Source of the DNA: an uncultured Pseudomonadota bacterium
GTDB lineage: Bacteria; Pseudomonadota; Alphaproteobacteria; RF32; CAG-239
Direction: 5' to 3'
Assembly (NCBI GenBank): GCA_949286215.1
Contig: CASDYX010000001.1
Coordinates: 8,530 to 72,529 of the forward strand
Length of the DNA stretch: 64,000 bases
Shown: piece after piece, positions 21,180-31,747 of the stretch
How positions within the stretch are numbered: position 1 is the stretch's first letter
Layout of the letters: the number at the start of each line of letters is the position of its first letter
Position numbers and translations under genes: made by a program
The notes under the pieces: generated by a model
The model's database searches: none
Told to the model about the DNA's origin: nothing
Seen by the model: only the letters and a program-made list of their open reading frames with translations

Positions 21180-21660
21180 TTTCTTCTTCCGTAACTTTGG
21201 CTTCGGGTGTGCTTGTTACCATATAGTCGGCAAAGTTTTTAACGACAAATTCTTTCCAATCTCCTTCGGGGGAGACGCAACCGTGTTTTTTATCCTCGGC
21301 GTTAACTAATACGATGCCGCCGAAATTCCACAGAGTAGTACAGTTGTCGTAACTTTTCATAAAGTAGTCTTTGGTGCGTTCAATCAAGTAACGGTCAACT
21401 CTTTTTTTGAAGTAGGTAATGTAAACTAAAATCATTGCTATGATAAAGGCTAAGCCAAAAAAGACACTGACGGTTAATATCAATATCAAGCCAATAACAA
21501 CCGGTGTTAAAACAGGAAGAAGATTTTCCCATACATCATATACCGGTGAGCCGGGGCGATTGATTTTTCCGTAATCAAGATATAAACGCAATTGATTTTT
21601 TTCAATAGCGGTTTGCAGCGCTTTGTAGATTAGATAATCGGCTTTGCTTGGTTTGCTCAT
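21157..21660 (-). CDS. hypothetical membrane protein
   Basis: 167 aa with one or two TM helices. Translationally coupled between mltA and the Smr gene. Confidence 0.5.
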   Translation of the reverse strand: MSKPSKADYLIYKALQTAIEKNQLRLYLDYGKINRPGSPVYDVWENLLPVLTPVVIGLILILTVSVFFGLAFIIAMILVYITYFKKRVDRYLIERTKDYFMKSYDNCTTLWNFGGIVLVNAEDKKHGCVSPEGDWKEFVVKNFADYMVTSTPEAKVTEEENVKTAAE

Positions 21661-22877
21661 GGTCTGTTGCCTTCATTTTGCGGAATTAAAATGAAATATC
21701 TGCCTGAAGAGTTCATCTTGCCGGCTTTTTCCAAAACATCATCTTTGCCCGAACCCCAGAAATAGTCTCCGCGAATCGGTCCTTTGATGGCACTGCCAAT
21801 GTCTTGAGCTACGACTAATTTCTCAATTTTTTCGTTGTCGGGACCGGTGGTTTCAAGCCACATTAAAGCGCCTAAAGGAATATATTCTCTGTCAACCGCA
21901 ATGCTTCGTCCGGCATGGAGCGGAACGCCTTGTGCACCAATCGGGCCGTCGGCTTTGGAAATGCGGTGGAAGATGAATCTTTTGTTTTCCCGCATTTCTT
22001 TTTGGGCTATTTGCGGATTGTTTTTTAACCATTTTTTGATGTTGCCCATTGAGGCTTCGCCCGGTTTGATATAGCCTTTCTCAAGCAAAATGCTGCCTAT
22101 GCCTTTGAATGGGTGGCCGTTGTTATCGGCATAGCTTAAGCGAACTTGGCGTCCGTCTGGCAGAGTTGCAACCGCTGAGCCTTGAATTTGCATAATGTTA
22201 ATGTCAACATTGCTATCACCCCACAAAATGACCGGAGCGGCAATTTTGTTTTGTTCAATTTCTTCACGGGTGTAATAAGGAACGAGTTTTTGCTCTTTGA
22301 CGCGGCCAAGCAATCTTTTGTTGGGAAGGCTGGGGTCAAAATCATGAGGGTTAAATTCTACCAAATCTAATGGCTTGCCGTATATCGGGTATTGATACAA
22401 AGATGTTTGTATCGGGGAGGCATTAATAGCCGCTTCGTAGTAAGAGGTGAATTTACCTTGGTCGGAATCGTCGGCAATGACCAAAAACGGCAAGAAATTG
22501 CTTTCCAGAAAATATTTAAACTCAACACCGGTTGTTATGTCTTGCGCAATGAGTTTTTGGCAAGCAATTTGGTAGGCCATTGTGGGAATGCGCAATTTGG
22601 AATTGGACATATAAGTTGTGTTTTCTTTGAGAATTTTTAAGCAGCTGTATTTAAACCCGCTTAAGGCTTCTTCAAGATTGTCTTTATTCCAATTCGGCAA
22701 GTCTTTAAAGTTATAGGCTCTTAACCTGACTTTGGGTGCCGGAGGTGTTACCTGTTTGGTTGTGGTTTCCGTGATTTGCGGAAGTTCTTGCTCGTCGGGA
22801 GTTGGTTTCGTTTCTTCTTCTTTGCCGCAGGACACCAACAATAGAAGAAGTGCAAAAAGACTAAATACTTTCTTCAT
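21657..22877 (-). CDS. mltA: membrane-bound lytic murein transglycosylase A (lipoprotein)
   Basis: Lipobox LLLLVSC. MltA motif AQDIGSAIKG and 3D-domain-like C-terminus. Start moved to the internal MKKVFSL. Confidence 0.75.
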   Translation of the reverse strand: MKKVFSLFALLLLLVSCGKEEETKPTPDEQELPQITETTTKQVTPPAPKVRLRAYNFKDLPNWNKDNLEEALSGFKYSCLKILKENTTYMSNSKLRIPTMAYQIACQKLIAQDITTGVEFKYFLESNFLPFLVIADDSDQGKFTSYYEAAINASPIQTSLYQYPIYGKPLDLVEFNPHDFDPSLPNKRLLGRVKEQKLVPYYTREEIEQNKIAAPVILWGDSNVDINIMQIQGSAVATLPDGRQVRLSYADNNGHPFKGIGSILLEKGYIKPGEASMGNIKKWLKNNPQIAQKEMRENKRFIFHRISKADGPIGAQGVPLHAGRSIAVDREYIPLGALMWLETTGPDNEKIEKLVVAQDIGSAIKGPIRGDYFWGSGKDDVLEKAGKMNSSGRYFILIPQNEGNRP

Positions 22878-23539
22878 TATTTTTTTGTCGATACCAATAG
22901 CCAATTCGGGCTGGTTGAGGTGAGACATCTTTCAAAAGTCCAGACATCGGTTATGTTTTGGATGAAGTTTTCATCGCCTTCTATAACTTCATCGTCTTTG
23001 TTCTTTAAGATATTTACTTGCTCGGAAACAAATTTAACCGTGATTTTGGCAATATCATCAGAGGTGATTTTGGCTGATGTGATTTCAGCCTCGTTAAAGC
23101 CTATTAAATCTGTTTCTGCCGTAATCCCTTCAGCTTGGCGTTGGTTGATGATTTCTTGGAACTTTTTGTTTAATGTCTTACTGACTAAACTTTCCAGCGT
23201 TTCGGTGTCGCCCTTGCTGAATGAGGTGACAATTATCTCAAAGGCTTTTTTGGCTGAATTTATAAAACGCTCTTTGTTGAAATTAGGTATTTTGTTTAAG
23301 ACCTTGTCGGTTTCGCTTAACTCAACGGTAACCGGCTCTTCTTTTGCTTCTTTATTCTCAAGAGCTTGTTTTTGTTTTTCGGCTTCTTTGACAATCATAT
23401 CAAAAATTTTGGCAGCGTTTTCTTCCGTGATTTTGTTTTGACGAACAGAAACATCGGGGCGTGTGCCTAAAAGGCTTTTTAATTTCCCGAATATTAAGAC
23501 CACTACAATCAAGAGAATGATTATATCTAAAGAACCCAT
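22877..23539 (-). CDS. Tim44-like domain protein (alphaproteobacterial)
   Basis: N-terminal TM, charged linker, C-terminal Tim44-like fold ending WTFERC...NWLLV. Confidence 0.65.
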   Translation of the reverse strand: MGSLDIIILLIVVVLIFGKLKSLLGTRPDVSVRQNKITEENAAKIFDMIVKEAEKQKQALENKEAKEEPVTVELSETDKVLNKIPNFNKERFINSAKKAFEIIVTSFSKGDTETLESLVSKTLNKKFQEIINQRQAEGITAETDLIGFNEAEITSAKITSDDIAKITVKFVSEQVNILKNKDDEVIEGDENFIQNITDVWTFERCLTSTSPNWLLVSTKK

Positions 23540-23670
23540 TTTATTTCAGACCTTTCAATTTTAAATACTATTTTATATATAGCTTTTTATCCTCTATTTA
23601 TCAACCATAAATATTTGACCTCGGGGTTTATTTGTTGTAACTTAATGCAAAATAACTAAAAAGGATTTGA

Positions 23671-24135
23671 TTGATGAGTGATAATGCACAAAATACTGCC
23701 GGAAATGACAATGTTAACCAGCCGGCAATTATGATTCATACCCAATATATTAAAGATTTGTCTTTGGAAATTCCCCATGCTCCCGAAATTTTCAGAGGTT
23801 TGAACGAGGCACCGGCTGTCAGCGTGCATGTTGATGTTGATGCTCAACATATGCATGATAATTTTTATAATGTCAGCCTCAAATTCAGAATGGATGGTGA
23901 TATCAAAACGCAAAAATTGTTTATTCTGGAATTGGAATATTCGGCAATTACTTCTTTGCAAATTCCGCAAGAAAATTTGGAGCCGGTTTTGTTGGTTGAA
24001 ATTCCGAGACTTATTTTCCCATTTGCAAGAAATGTTATTACCAACTGTTTGACCGAAGGTGGTTTGCCGCCGTTCATGTTGACACCAATCGATTTTATGT
24101 CCCTCTACCAACAAAGAAATCAAAATAAACAGTAA
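23671..24135 (+). CDS. secB: protein-export chaperone SecB
   Basis: 154 aa. SecB-like core (IHTQYIKDLSLEIPHAPEIF, LFILELEYSAITS). Confidence 0.8.
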   Translation: MMSDNAQNTAGNDNVNQPAIMIHTQYIKDLSLEIPHAPEIFRGLNEAPAVSVHVDVDAQHMHDNFYNVSLKFRMDGDIKTQKLFILELEYSAITSLQIPQENLEPVLLVEIPRLIFPFARNVITNCLTEGGLPPFMLTPIDFMSLYQQRNQNKQ

Positions 24136-24208
24136 ACAGTAAAAAATACTGGATTATTTAATTTTTGTATGTTATAGATGTTGACATAAATACAAATAAT
24201 ATTATTGG

Positions 24209-24236
24209 AGTGGGGCCGAAAGCCCCGCTTTTTTAT
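24209..24236 (+). terminator. rho-independent terminator after secB
   Basis: ggggccgaaagcccc hairpin followed by a T7 run. Confidence 0.7.
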
Positions 24237-24257
24237 TAGAATCTACAGATTGGGAAT

Positions 24258-24782
24258 TTGAGTATGCAAAAGAAACACCCTTTGCAAGATATGTTAGAGC
24301 CAGCTATTTCCGAGCTCGGATATGAAACTGTCAGAATTTTGACTATCGGTCAAGCGAATCCGACTTTGCAAATTATGATTGATAAGCTCGATGGCTCAGA
24401 TATTGTCGTCGATGATTGCGCTAAAGTCAGTCGCAAAATTTCGGAGATTTTAGATGCAAACGACCCGATAAAAGATAAATATAATTTGGAAGTCAGCTCT
24501 CCGGGGTTGGATAGACCTTTGACTAAAGTTGAACATTTTAAGCGCTTTGTCGGCAATGAAGTGAAGGTTGAAACAGGTGTTGCTATTGATAACAGAAAGC
24601 GTTTCAGAGGTGTGATTGAGAGTGTTGATGATAATAACACCATTCTTATAAAAGCTGATGATGTTGAATACAGCGTTCCGTTTGATGCGGTCAGTAAAGC
24701 AAAAATCGTTATGACTGACGAGTTGTTGCAAAAGTATGTTGATGAGCATCCGGAATGCGGTGAGCATTTGATTGAGGAATAA
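24258..24782 (+). CDS. rimP: ribosome maturation factor RimP
   Basis: 174 aa. First gene of the conserved rimP-nusA-infB operon. Confidence 0.8.
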   Translation: MSMQKKHPLQDMLEPAISELGYETVRILTIGQANPTLQIMIDKLDGSDIVVDDCAKVSRKISEILDANDPIKDKYNLEVSSPGLDRPLTKVEHFKRFVGNEVKVETGVAIDNRKRFRGVIESVDDNNTILIKADDVEYSVPFDAVSKAKIVMTDELLQKYVDEHPECGEHLIEE

Positions 24783-24821
24783 TTTTTTTAAGTTTTTAAC
24801 TGCAAACTAAAGAGGGTAAAA

Positions 24822-26351
24822 ATGCAAAATATTGAAAATATGCCAAGACCGGAAATTATTTTGGTGGCTGATACCGTTGCTCGTGAAAAAAACATTGATA
24901 AAGAAGATGTTTTTGAAGCAATGGAAATTGCCATTCAAAAAGCCGCTCGTTCCAAATATGGTTTTGAACATGATATCAGAGCCGTGATTGATAGAAAAAC
25001 AGGTGCTATCAGCTTGGCTCGCTATCGTGAAGTGGTTGATGAAATTGTTGCCGCTGAAGGTGAAGAAGATGATCGTCAAAACGCTACCAAGATTTTGCTC
25101 GAGGACGCTCAAGTCTATAATCCGGATATTAAAGTCGGCGAATTTTTGATTGATGAATTGCCGCCGATTGATTTTGGTCGTATTGCTGCCCAAACCGCTA
25201 AACAGGTTATTATGCAAAAAGTTCGTGATGCCGAAAGAAATAAACAATTTGAAGAATACAAAGAAAAAGTAGGCACCATTGTTAACGGTACGGTTAAAAG
25301 AATCGAATTCGGTAATGTGGTTTTGGATATTGGTAAAGCCGAAGCTATTTTGCGTCGTGATGAAATTATTCCTCGGGAAAAATTCAAAAACGGTGACAGA
25401 GTTCGCGCTTATGTGTTAGATGTTCGTCGCGAAAACAAAGGTCCGCAAATTTTCTTGTCTCGTACTTGCCCTGAATTTATGGCTAAATTGTTTACACAAG
25501 AAGTTCCCGAAATTTATGACGGTGTTGTTAAAATTATGGGTGTGGCTCGTGATCCGGGTTCAAAAGCTAAAATCGCCGTTAAAGCTGATGATATGACAAT
25601 TGATGCCGTTGGTGCTTGCGTCGGATTGCGCGGTATTCGCGTTCAAGCCGTTGTTACCGAACTGCAAGGCGAAAAAATTGATATCGTTCCTTATTCTGAA
25701 GATAAGGCTCAATATATTGTCAGCGCTTTGGCTCCGGCTGAAGTTACAAAAGTGGTTTTGGATGAAGAAAACAACCGTATTGAAGCCGTTGTTCCGCAAG
25801 AACAATTCTCTATTGCTATTGGCAGAAGAGGTCAAAATGTTAAATTGGCTTCTCAATTGCTCGGTTGCGATATTGATGTCTTGACCGAAGAACAAGAGCA
25901 AGAACGTCGCGCTAATGAAAATAAAGTTCGTTCACAACGCTTTATGGAAGCTTTGGATGTTGATGAAATGATTGCTCATTTGCTCATTGCCGAAGGTTTC
26001 TCTACCGTTGATGAAATTGCTATGGTTTCATTAAAAGAATTGGCTGAAATTGAAGGCTTTGATGAAGATGTTGCTTCTGAATTGCAATCAAGAGCCAAAG
26101 CTTATGTTGAAAAAAGAAATGAAGAATTTGCCAAGAAAAGCCAAACTTTGGGTATTGATGAAAAACTCAAATCTATTGAAGGCTTGGATCAAGATATGAT
26201 TTTGACACTGGCTGACAAAGGTGTTAAAACTATTGACGACTTGGCTGATTTGGCTGCCGATGAGTTGATGGAAATGCTCGGTGAAAACGTGCTTTCCGAA
26301 GTAGAAGCCAATAAAGTGATTATGGCTGCTCGTGCTCATTGGTTTGAATAG
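24822..26351 (+). CDS. nusA: transcription termination/antitermination factor NusA
   Basis: 509 aa, with S1, KH and acidic C-terminal repeat domains. Confidence 0.9.
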   Translation: MQNIENMPRPEIILVADTVAREKNIDKEDVFEAMEIAIQKAARSKYGFEHDIRAVIDRKTGAISLARYREVVDEIVAAEGEEDDRQNATKILLEDAQVYNPDIKVGEFLIDELPPIDFGRIAAQTAKQVIMQKVRDAERNKQFEEYKEKVGTIVNGTVKRIEFGNVVLDIGKAEAILRRDEIIPREKFKNGDRVRAYVLDVRRENKGPQIFLSRTCPEFMAKLFTQEVPEIYDGVVKIMGVARDPGSKAKIAVKADDMTIDAVGACVGLRGIRVQAVVTELQGEKIDIVPYSEDKAQYIVSALAPAEVTKVVLDEENNRIEAVVPQEQFSIAIGRRGQNVKLASQLLGCDIDVLTEEQEQERRANENKVRSQRFMEALDVDEMIAHLLIAEGFSTVDEIAMVSLKELAEIEGFDEDVASELQSRAKAYVEKRNEEFAKKSQTLGIDEKLKSIEGLDQDMILTLADKGVKTIDDLADLAADELMEMLGENVLSEVEANKVIMAARAHWFE

Positions 26352-26415
26352 TTCAACCGCGGAAATCAGGGAGGAGCTTCTCCTCTCTGAATTTCCCTTT
26401 GTAAGGGATGAGTTG

Positions 26416-26985
26416 ATGGAAGAAGATAAAGAACGCAGAGATATTGTCAGCGGAAAAGTTATGGAGTGTTCAGAAATGCTCCGTTTTGCCATAACAATTG
26501 ATGATATGATTATTCCCGATTTTAAGAAACAATTACCGGGAAAAGGAGTGTATGTCGCTTGTTCGAAATCTTCTCTTTCAACCGCTATTGAAAAAAATTT
26601 ATTTGCCAAAGCTATCGGAAAAAAAGTGAAGTTGCCTTCAGATTTCTTGAAAATGGTTGAGAATTTGCTTCGAAATAAAGGTTTGAAAGCAATTTGTTTG
26701 GCAAAAAAAGCCGGTAATTTATTGACCGGATTTGAAAAAGTGGCTGATGCTCTTAAAAAAGATAAGGTCGCTTTTTTGTTGGAGGCAAAAGATGCCGGTG
26801 AAGACGGACATGAAAAGTTATTGTCTTTAGCAAAAGATTTGAAAGTTTTTATGTTGTATGAAGTTGAGGAGTTAGACGAGGCGTTAAACAGGGTAAATAC
26901 GGTGCATGTGGCATTTTTGAAAAACGATATAGCTAAAATGGTCTATAACGATTTGGAAAAACTTGATAAATTCTTGAACTCATAA
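26416..26985 (+). CDS. ylxR: YlxR (DUF448)/L7Ae-like RNA-binding protein of the nusA-infB operon
   Basis: Its position between nusA and infB is conserved in alphaproteobacteria. C-terminal L7Ae-like region. The ORF opens at 26332, and 26416 is the first ATG after the nusA stop. Confidence 0.6.
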   Translation: MEEDKERRDIVSGKVMECSEMLRFAITIDDMIIPDFKKQLPGKGVYVACSKSSLSTAIEKNLFAKAIGKKVKLPSDFLKMVENLLRNKGLKAICLAKKAGNLLTGFEKVADALKKDKVAFLLEAKDAGEDGHEKLLSLAKDLKVFMLYEVEELDEALNRVNTVHVAFLKNDIAKMVYNDLEKLDKFLNS

Positions 26986-27012
26986 AATATAAGTTACGGA
27001 GATTGTAATATA

Positions 27013-29529
27013 ATGACAGAAGATAATGCAAAAAATAAGTTAACATTATCAGGAAAATCTACCCTTACATTGAAGAATTTAGGGGACAAAGCTCATAATC
27101 ATGACGGCAAAAAAGTTGTGCAGGTGGAAGTACGTAAAAAACGTGTTATTACCCCAGGTGCAAGTGTTCAACCCGAAAATAGTGTTAAAATTGATGAAGC
27201 TACAGCTCAAAAATTGCGCTTGATTGCAGAGGCTAAAGAGCATGAAGCAAAACGCCGCCAGGAAGAGGAAGAAAGAGAAAAGCAACGCCAGATAGAGCGT
27301 GAAGAAGCTGAAAAAGCTCGCCAAGCCTTGTTGGCTGAAGAGGCTGCCAAAAAAGAAGCTGAAGCTAAAGAAAAAGCTAAACAAGAAGCTCAAAAAGAAA
27401 TTAAAAAAGAGGTAAAAGCTCAACCAGCCCCTGTGGTAGAGCGCGAAGATAAATCAGCTCGTCAGAAAGATAAAAAATCTAAAGATTATGATGACGACTA
27501 TGATGATGACGATGATGAGGAAGTTAGCTCAAGTAAAAAGTATCGTCGTTCTTCAGAGCAAGAAAAATCTCGTGAGGAAGTTTTTGAGCAAGAACGCAAA
27601 AAGGTGATGAAGCGTAGCTTTGAACCGCAACGTCGTAGCGGAAAAGTTAATCTCCATAATATTATGGGGGCTGATGATGACGATGATGATGATTATGGAT
27701 TTGGTGCTCCGCGTCGTCGTTTTAAGAAAAAACAACCTAAACCGGTTCAACCTGTTCAACCTCAAGAGAAGGTCGTTAAGGAAGTTATTATTCCTGAAAT
27801 TATTACCGTTCAGGAATTGGCAAACCGCATGGCTGAAAAAAGTGCCGACGTTATTAAAAAATTGATGGCGTTGGGTGTAATGGCTACCATTAACCAACCG
27901 ATTGATGCCGATACGGCGCAAATTGTGGTTGAAGAATTGGGACACAAATTCAAACGCGTGGCCGATAGCGATGTTGAAGATGCCATTAAAGGCGCAGAGG
28001 ATACTCCTGACCAATTATTGCCGAGAGCTCCGGTTGTTACGGTTATGGGACACGTTGACCATGGTAAAACCTCTTTGCTTGATGCTTTAAGAGAAACCAA
28101 TGTTGCCGCTCGCGAAGCCGGTGGTATTACGCAACATATCGGTGCTTATCAAATTGAAACACCAAATGGTGATAAAATTACCTTTATTGATACTCCGGGT
28201 CACGAGGCTTTCTCCGAAATGCGTGCCAGAGGTGCAAAGGTTACCGATATCGTGGTTTTGGTGGTAGCCGCTAATGATGGTATTATGCCGCAAACCGTTG
28301 AGGCTATTCGTCACGCACAAGCTGCTGAAGTTCCTATTGTTGTGGCAATTAACAAAATTGACTTGCCGGGCGCTGACCCGATGAAGGTTAAAACCGCTTT
28401 GTTGCAACACGGAATTGCCGTTGAGGAATTGGGTGGTGATTGCTTGTGTGCCGAAGTTTCTGCTAAGAAGAGAATCAATATTGATAAATTGCTTGAAGCT
28501 ATTTTGTTGCAAGCGGAAATTTTGGATTTGAAAGCTAATCCGAATAGAACAGCCGAAGGTACGGTAATTGAAGCCAAGATGGAAAAAGGCCGCGGATCGG
28601 TTGCCACCGTTTTGGTTCAAAGAGGAACCCTTAAAGTCGGCGATATTTTCATTGCAGGTAAAGAGTGGGGTCACGTTCGTGCCATGTTTAACGAAATGGG
28701 ACACAAAGTTCATGAAGCCGGACCGGCTACTCCGGTTGAGGTTTTGGGCTTGCAAGGTACTCCTGCCGCTGGTGATGATTTTACCGTTGTGGCTGATGAA
28801 AACCAAGCTCGTGAAGTAACAAACTATCGTATTCGTAAAGAACGTGATGCGAAGTTGGTTAAGAGTGCTAAGTCAGCTATGGAACAAATGCTTGATAAGA
28901 TTAAATCAGGTGAAATTAAGCATCTGCCGGTCATTATTAAAGCCGACGTTCAAGGTTCTATAGAGGCTATTGAGGGTACTTTGAATAAGCTCTCTACGGA
29001 TGAAGTCAGTGTTCAAATTTTGCACTCGGCTGTTGGTCCGATTTCTGAATCTGATGTGACTTTGGCTAAGGCTTCTAATGCCTTTATTATCGGATTTAAC
29101 GTTCGTGCTATTCCGCAAGCTCGCGATATGGCTCGCAGAGACGGAGTTGATATTCGTTATTACTCCATTATTTATGACGTGGCCGATGATGTTAAGAAAG
29201 GTTTGGAAGGTATGCTCTCTCCGGAATTGAAAGAAAAGATTCTGGGTTATGCCGAAATCAGAAACGTCTTTAATATTACCGGTGTGGGTAAAGTTGCCGG
29301 TTGTATGGTTACCGAAGGTCTGGTTAAACGCGGAGCAAAAGTTCGTCTGTTGCGTGATAACGTGGTTATTCATGATGGTAACTTGGGTCAACTGAAACGC
29401 TTCAAAGATGACGTTAAAGAAGTTAAAGAAGGCTATGAATGCGGTATGAGTTTTGAAAACTATAACGATATTCAGGTCGGCGACTTTATTGAATGTTATG
29501 AAATTGAAGCAATTGCCGCTAAACTCTAA
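27013..29529 (+). CDS. infB: translation initiation factor IF-2
   Basis: 838 aa. Low-complexity K/E/D-rich N-terminus, GTPase domain [29 protein letters not shown]. Confidence 0.9.
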   Translation: MTEDNAKNKLTLSGKSTLTLKNLGDKAHNHDGKKVVQVEVRKKRVITPGASVQPENSVKIDEATAQKLRLIAEAKEHEAKRRQEEEEREKQRQIEREEAEKARQALLAEEAAKKEAEAKEKAKQEAQKEIKKEVKAQPAPVVEREDKSARQKDKKSKDYDDDYDDDDDEEVSSSKKYRRSSEQEKSREEVFEQERKKVMKRSFEPQRRSGKVNLHNIMGADDDDDDDYGFGAPRRRFKKKQPKPVQPVQPQEKVVKEVIIPEIITVQELANRMAEKSADVIKKLMALGVMATINQPIDADTAQIVVEELGHKFKRVADSDVEDAIKGAEDTPDQLLPRAPVVTVMGHVDHGKTSLLDALRETNVAAREAGGITQHIGAYQIETPNGDKITFIDTPGHEAFSEMRARGAKVTDIVVLVVAANDGIMPQTVEAIRHAQAAEVPIVVAINKIDLPGADPMKVKTALLQHGIAVEELGGDCLCAEVSAKKRINIDKLLEAILLQAEILDLKANPNRTAEGTVIEAKMEKGRGSVATVLVQRGTLKVGDIFIAGKEWGHVRAMFNEMGHKVHEAGPATPVEVLGLQGTPAAGDDFTVVADENQAREVTNYRIRKERDAKLVKSAKSAMEQMLDKIKSGEIKHLPVIIKADVQGSIEAIEGTLNKLSTDEVSVQILHSAVGPISESDVTLAKASNAFIIGFNVRAIPQARDMARRDGVDIRYYSIIYDVADDVKKGLEGMLSPELKEKILGYAEIRNVFNITGVGKVAGCMVTEGLVKRGAKVRLLRDNVVIHDGNLGQLKRFKDDVKEVKEGYECGMSFENYNDIQVGDFIECYEIEAIAAKL

Positions 29530-29547
29530 TTGGTTGTGAGGTGAAAT

Positions 29548-29937
29548 ATGGCAATAAAAGAACAATCTCAAAGACAGCTGCGTGTTGGGCAAGAAATTAA
29601 GAAAATTATTGCCGGCGAAATTCAGCATGAAAATGTCAGAAATTTGGAGGGAATCGATGCGCTCGTTACAATTACCGATGTGCAAGTTTCTCCGGATTTG
29701 AAGTATTGTAATGTTTATTTTATCACGTCCAATAATGCTTTGAACCAAGAGGTTATGGGTGGTTTGCAATTGGCCGGCGGACATTTTCGTAAGGTTATCG
29801 GTAAAAAGACAACCTTGCGTTATGTACCGGAGATTAATTTCCGCTTAGATGATACTTTTGAGGAAGTTGATCGAATCGAAAAATTGCTTCATGACCCAAA
29901 AGTTCAAAGAGACTTACAGACCAAAGATGAAGAATAA
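29548..29937 (+). CDS. rbfA: ribosome-binding factor A
   Basis: 129 aa. RbfA KH-like core (RVGQEIKKII, VTITDVQVSPDLKYCNVYF). Confidence 0.85.
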   Translation: MAIKEQSQRQLRVGQEIKKIIAGEIQHENVRNLEGIDALVTITDVQVSPDLKYCNVYFITSNNALNQEVMGGLQLAGGHFRKVIGKKTTLRYVPEINFRLDDTFEEVDRIEKLLHDPKVQRDLQTKDEE

Positions 29938-29940
29938 ATA

Positions 29941-29970
29941 AAAAAAGCCTCCGCAAGGAGGTTTTTTTAT
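29941..29970 (+). terminator. rho-independent terminator after rbfA
   Basis: aagcctcc-gcaa-ggaggttt hairpin followed by a T-run. Confidence 0.7.
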
Positions 29971-30031
29971 TGCCTAAAGAAAATAGAATGATATTCTCTT
30001 GTTAAATTCTAATTATTAAATTTTAAGCATT

Positions 30032-30634
30032 ATGTTAAGTAAAGAAAACAAAGCTAAGTATTTGCCAACGCAAGACTTGCAAGAGTTGTATGAAAAAGAT
30101 GAAAAATACATCAGGTCTTTTAGTGTTATGGATTTAAGAGAACTTGAGAGTATTCTTCTGGTATCAGAATTTCGTAAGAAAAAAATGGCTATCAAAGAAG
30201 ATGTGGTCAAATGGGCGGAAAAGATGCCCGAATTTGTCTTTTATACTTGGTCGCATCGGTTTGCGGATGAGGTTGTTTTGAGAATCAATCTTGAAAATTA
30301 TTTAGCAAAAAAATTTGATAAGAAATTTAGAATTTTTGCTAAAGAAAACGGCTATGTTTGTGAGACGGATTTTTTTGATGTGAAAGTTTCAAAAAAACTC
30401 AAAAGCGAGGTATTGCTTGTTAAAAATGGCGAGACTTATGATTTATTGTACTGTGTTGTAGCGGGATATTTCGATATGTTTGAAAAAGAACGTGAAGCCT
30501 GCTTTGCAAATGGGGTTTATGGAATTCAGGTTTATGAAGAAATGGCTCCGCGACCCATTTGGTGTTTGCAAATTGAAAGAGGCGTTTCTTTGCAAAATTT
30601 GGAGAAATATGAACTTGAAACCTTGGTACGATAG
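30032..30634 (+). CDS. hypothetical protein (no recognisable domain)
   Basis: 200-aa ORF with its own terminators on both sides, inserted between rbfA and truB. Confidence 0.5.
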   Translation: MLSKENKAKYLPTQDLQELYEKDEKYIRSFSVMDLRELESILLVSEFRKKKMAIKEDVVKWAEKMPEFVFYTWSHRFADEVVLRINLENYLAKKFDKKFRIFAKENGYVCETDFFDVKVSKKLKSEVLLVKNGETYDLLYCVVAGYFDMFEKEREACFANGVYGIQVYEEMAPRPIWCLQIERGVSLQNLEKYELETLVR

Positions 30635-30654
30635 TTTGAAATTTTTAGGTATAA

Positions 30655-30691
30655 AAATAACCGCCCGGAATTGAGCCGAGCGGTTTTTTTT
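30655..30691. terminator. bidirectional hairpin between convergent genes
   Basis: A-run, imperfect stem ccgcccgg/ccgagcgg, then a T8 run. Confidence 0.5.
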
Positions 30692-30698
30692 ACAAAGG

Positions 30699-31598
30699 TT
30701 AGCGGGAGAGAAGAGATTTCTTCTGCCAGCTTCTTTGTTTTTGCATCTGCATTTGTTTATGCTGGAGAGCTTTTTCGGCCAACCAATCATAAATTTTTTG
30801 CATTTTGGTATCACCTTGAGCGGCAAAATCCTCTGGATGCCACTGGATACACAAAATGTTTTTGTCCTCATTGCCCCAGGCTTCCGGTGTGCCATCAGCG
30901 GTGGAGGCATAAATTTTGAGGTCTGATATCTTATCGTTGGGCATCATTGCCTCACGGTGGCGTGAGTTGGTTTTAATATGCCCTTCGCCAAAGATTTTTG
31001 CCAAAGGTGTGTCGTCAGGGTAGATGAACACGTCGTGTGCGCCCAAATCTTTGGTTTTGTGTTCCAAAGAGGTTTGGGTGTAGGCTTTGAGATCACGGTA
31101 CATTTTCATGCCGTGCATACCACCTATCATCTGCGCCCCGGCGCAAATTCCTAACATCGGAATTCCTTCTTTTTCGGCCTTCATAATTGAGGTGATGTAG
31201 GCATAAGAACGGGTTCCCGGCGTGCTGTCACCTTTTTGTGGGTCAGTGTAGAACTCGTTTGGCGAATCAAATGCGCCACCCGGCAAAATCAGACCGTTAA
31301 TGCCATCCATTTGCGACAGATTTTCGTTGTAGGTTAAAAATCTGAGTTGGACACATGATTGGGCAATTGCCTTGGCGTAAGGCATATCAATTGTATAATA
31401 TCCCTTTTCACGCCCCATCAGGAAGCCAACGATTGGTTGGTTGGCATGGGGTTTTTTATTTGCCAGTTGGGCATAATCTTCATCTGACAACTGCAAAATA
31501 GGGGTAATGCCCTCTTTTGCAAAAGCTGCCATTTGTTCATCACTAATGCCGTAAGCATTGTACTCCGGCAAAAATTCTAAGTTTACGTTCTTTTTCAT
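30699..31598 (-). CDS. class I glutamine amidotransferase-like hydrolase (peptidase C26, gamma-glutamyl hydrolase/PuuD-like)
   Basis: Nucleophile elbow GICAGAQ and His-Glu region IQWHPE. 299 aa. Confidence 0.75.
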   Translation of the reverse strand: MKKNVNLEFLPEYNAYGISDEQMAAFAKEGITPILQLSDEDYAQLANKKPHANQPIVGFLMGREKGYYTIDMPYAKAIAQSCVQLRFLTYNENLSQMDGINGLILPGGAFDSPNEFYTDPQKGDSTPGTRSYAYITSIMKAEKEGIPMLGICAGAQMIGGMHGMKMYRDLKAYTQTSLEHKTKDLGAHDVFIYPDDTPLAKIFGEGHIKTNSRHREAMMPNDKISDLKIYASTADGTPEAWGNEDKNILCIQWHPEDFAAQGDTKMQKIYDWLAEKALQHKQMQMQKQRSWQKKSLLSR

Positions 31599-31747
31599 TT
31601 TGATTTGTTTTATGGTTCATAAAAATAAGTTATTAGGTTTATCATAACAAAACGGGGTGTTTTGTCAAATGATTTGTCAAAAATATTTGATTTTTGAAAA
31701 GTTTGATGTATAGTGGGCTCAATTCACTTATTATAAATTTTATCATT

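Noticed and set aside
24181-24208. TTGACA hexamer upstream of rimP that looked like a -35 box
   Set aside because: No acceptable -10 lies at 16-18 nt (the best is TATTAT at 13 nt). It also sits upstream of the secB terminator hairpin, so it was not called as a promoter.
27230-27720. Low-complexity K/E-rich and poly-Asp (DDDDDDD) coding repeats at the start of infB
   Set aside because: This is the typical poorly conserved, charged N-terminal region of IF-2. It is not a mobile repeat or a frameshift artefact, because the frame stays open and the GTPase domain follows normally.
30443-30926. Overlapping antisense/alternative-frame ORFs (30443..30910 minus, 30671..30919 plus, 30735..30926 plus) and many similar 60-190-aa ORFs opposite real genes (for example 2833..3399, 8636..9082, 11800..12507, 28087..28806, 35524..36504)
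   Set aside because: They lie entirely inside or antisense to well-supported genes (GATase, addA, hslU, infB, pnp and others). They have low-complexity or odd composition and no RBS or domain. They are chance ORFs in AT-rich sequence.
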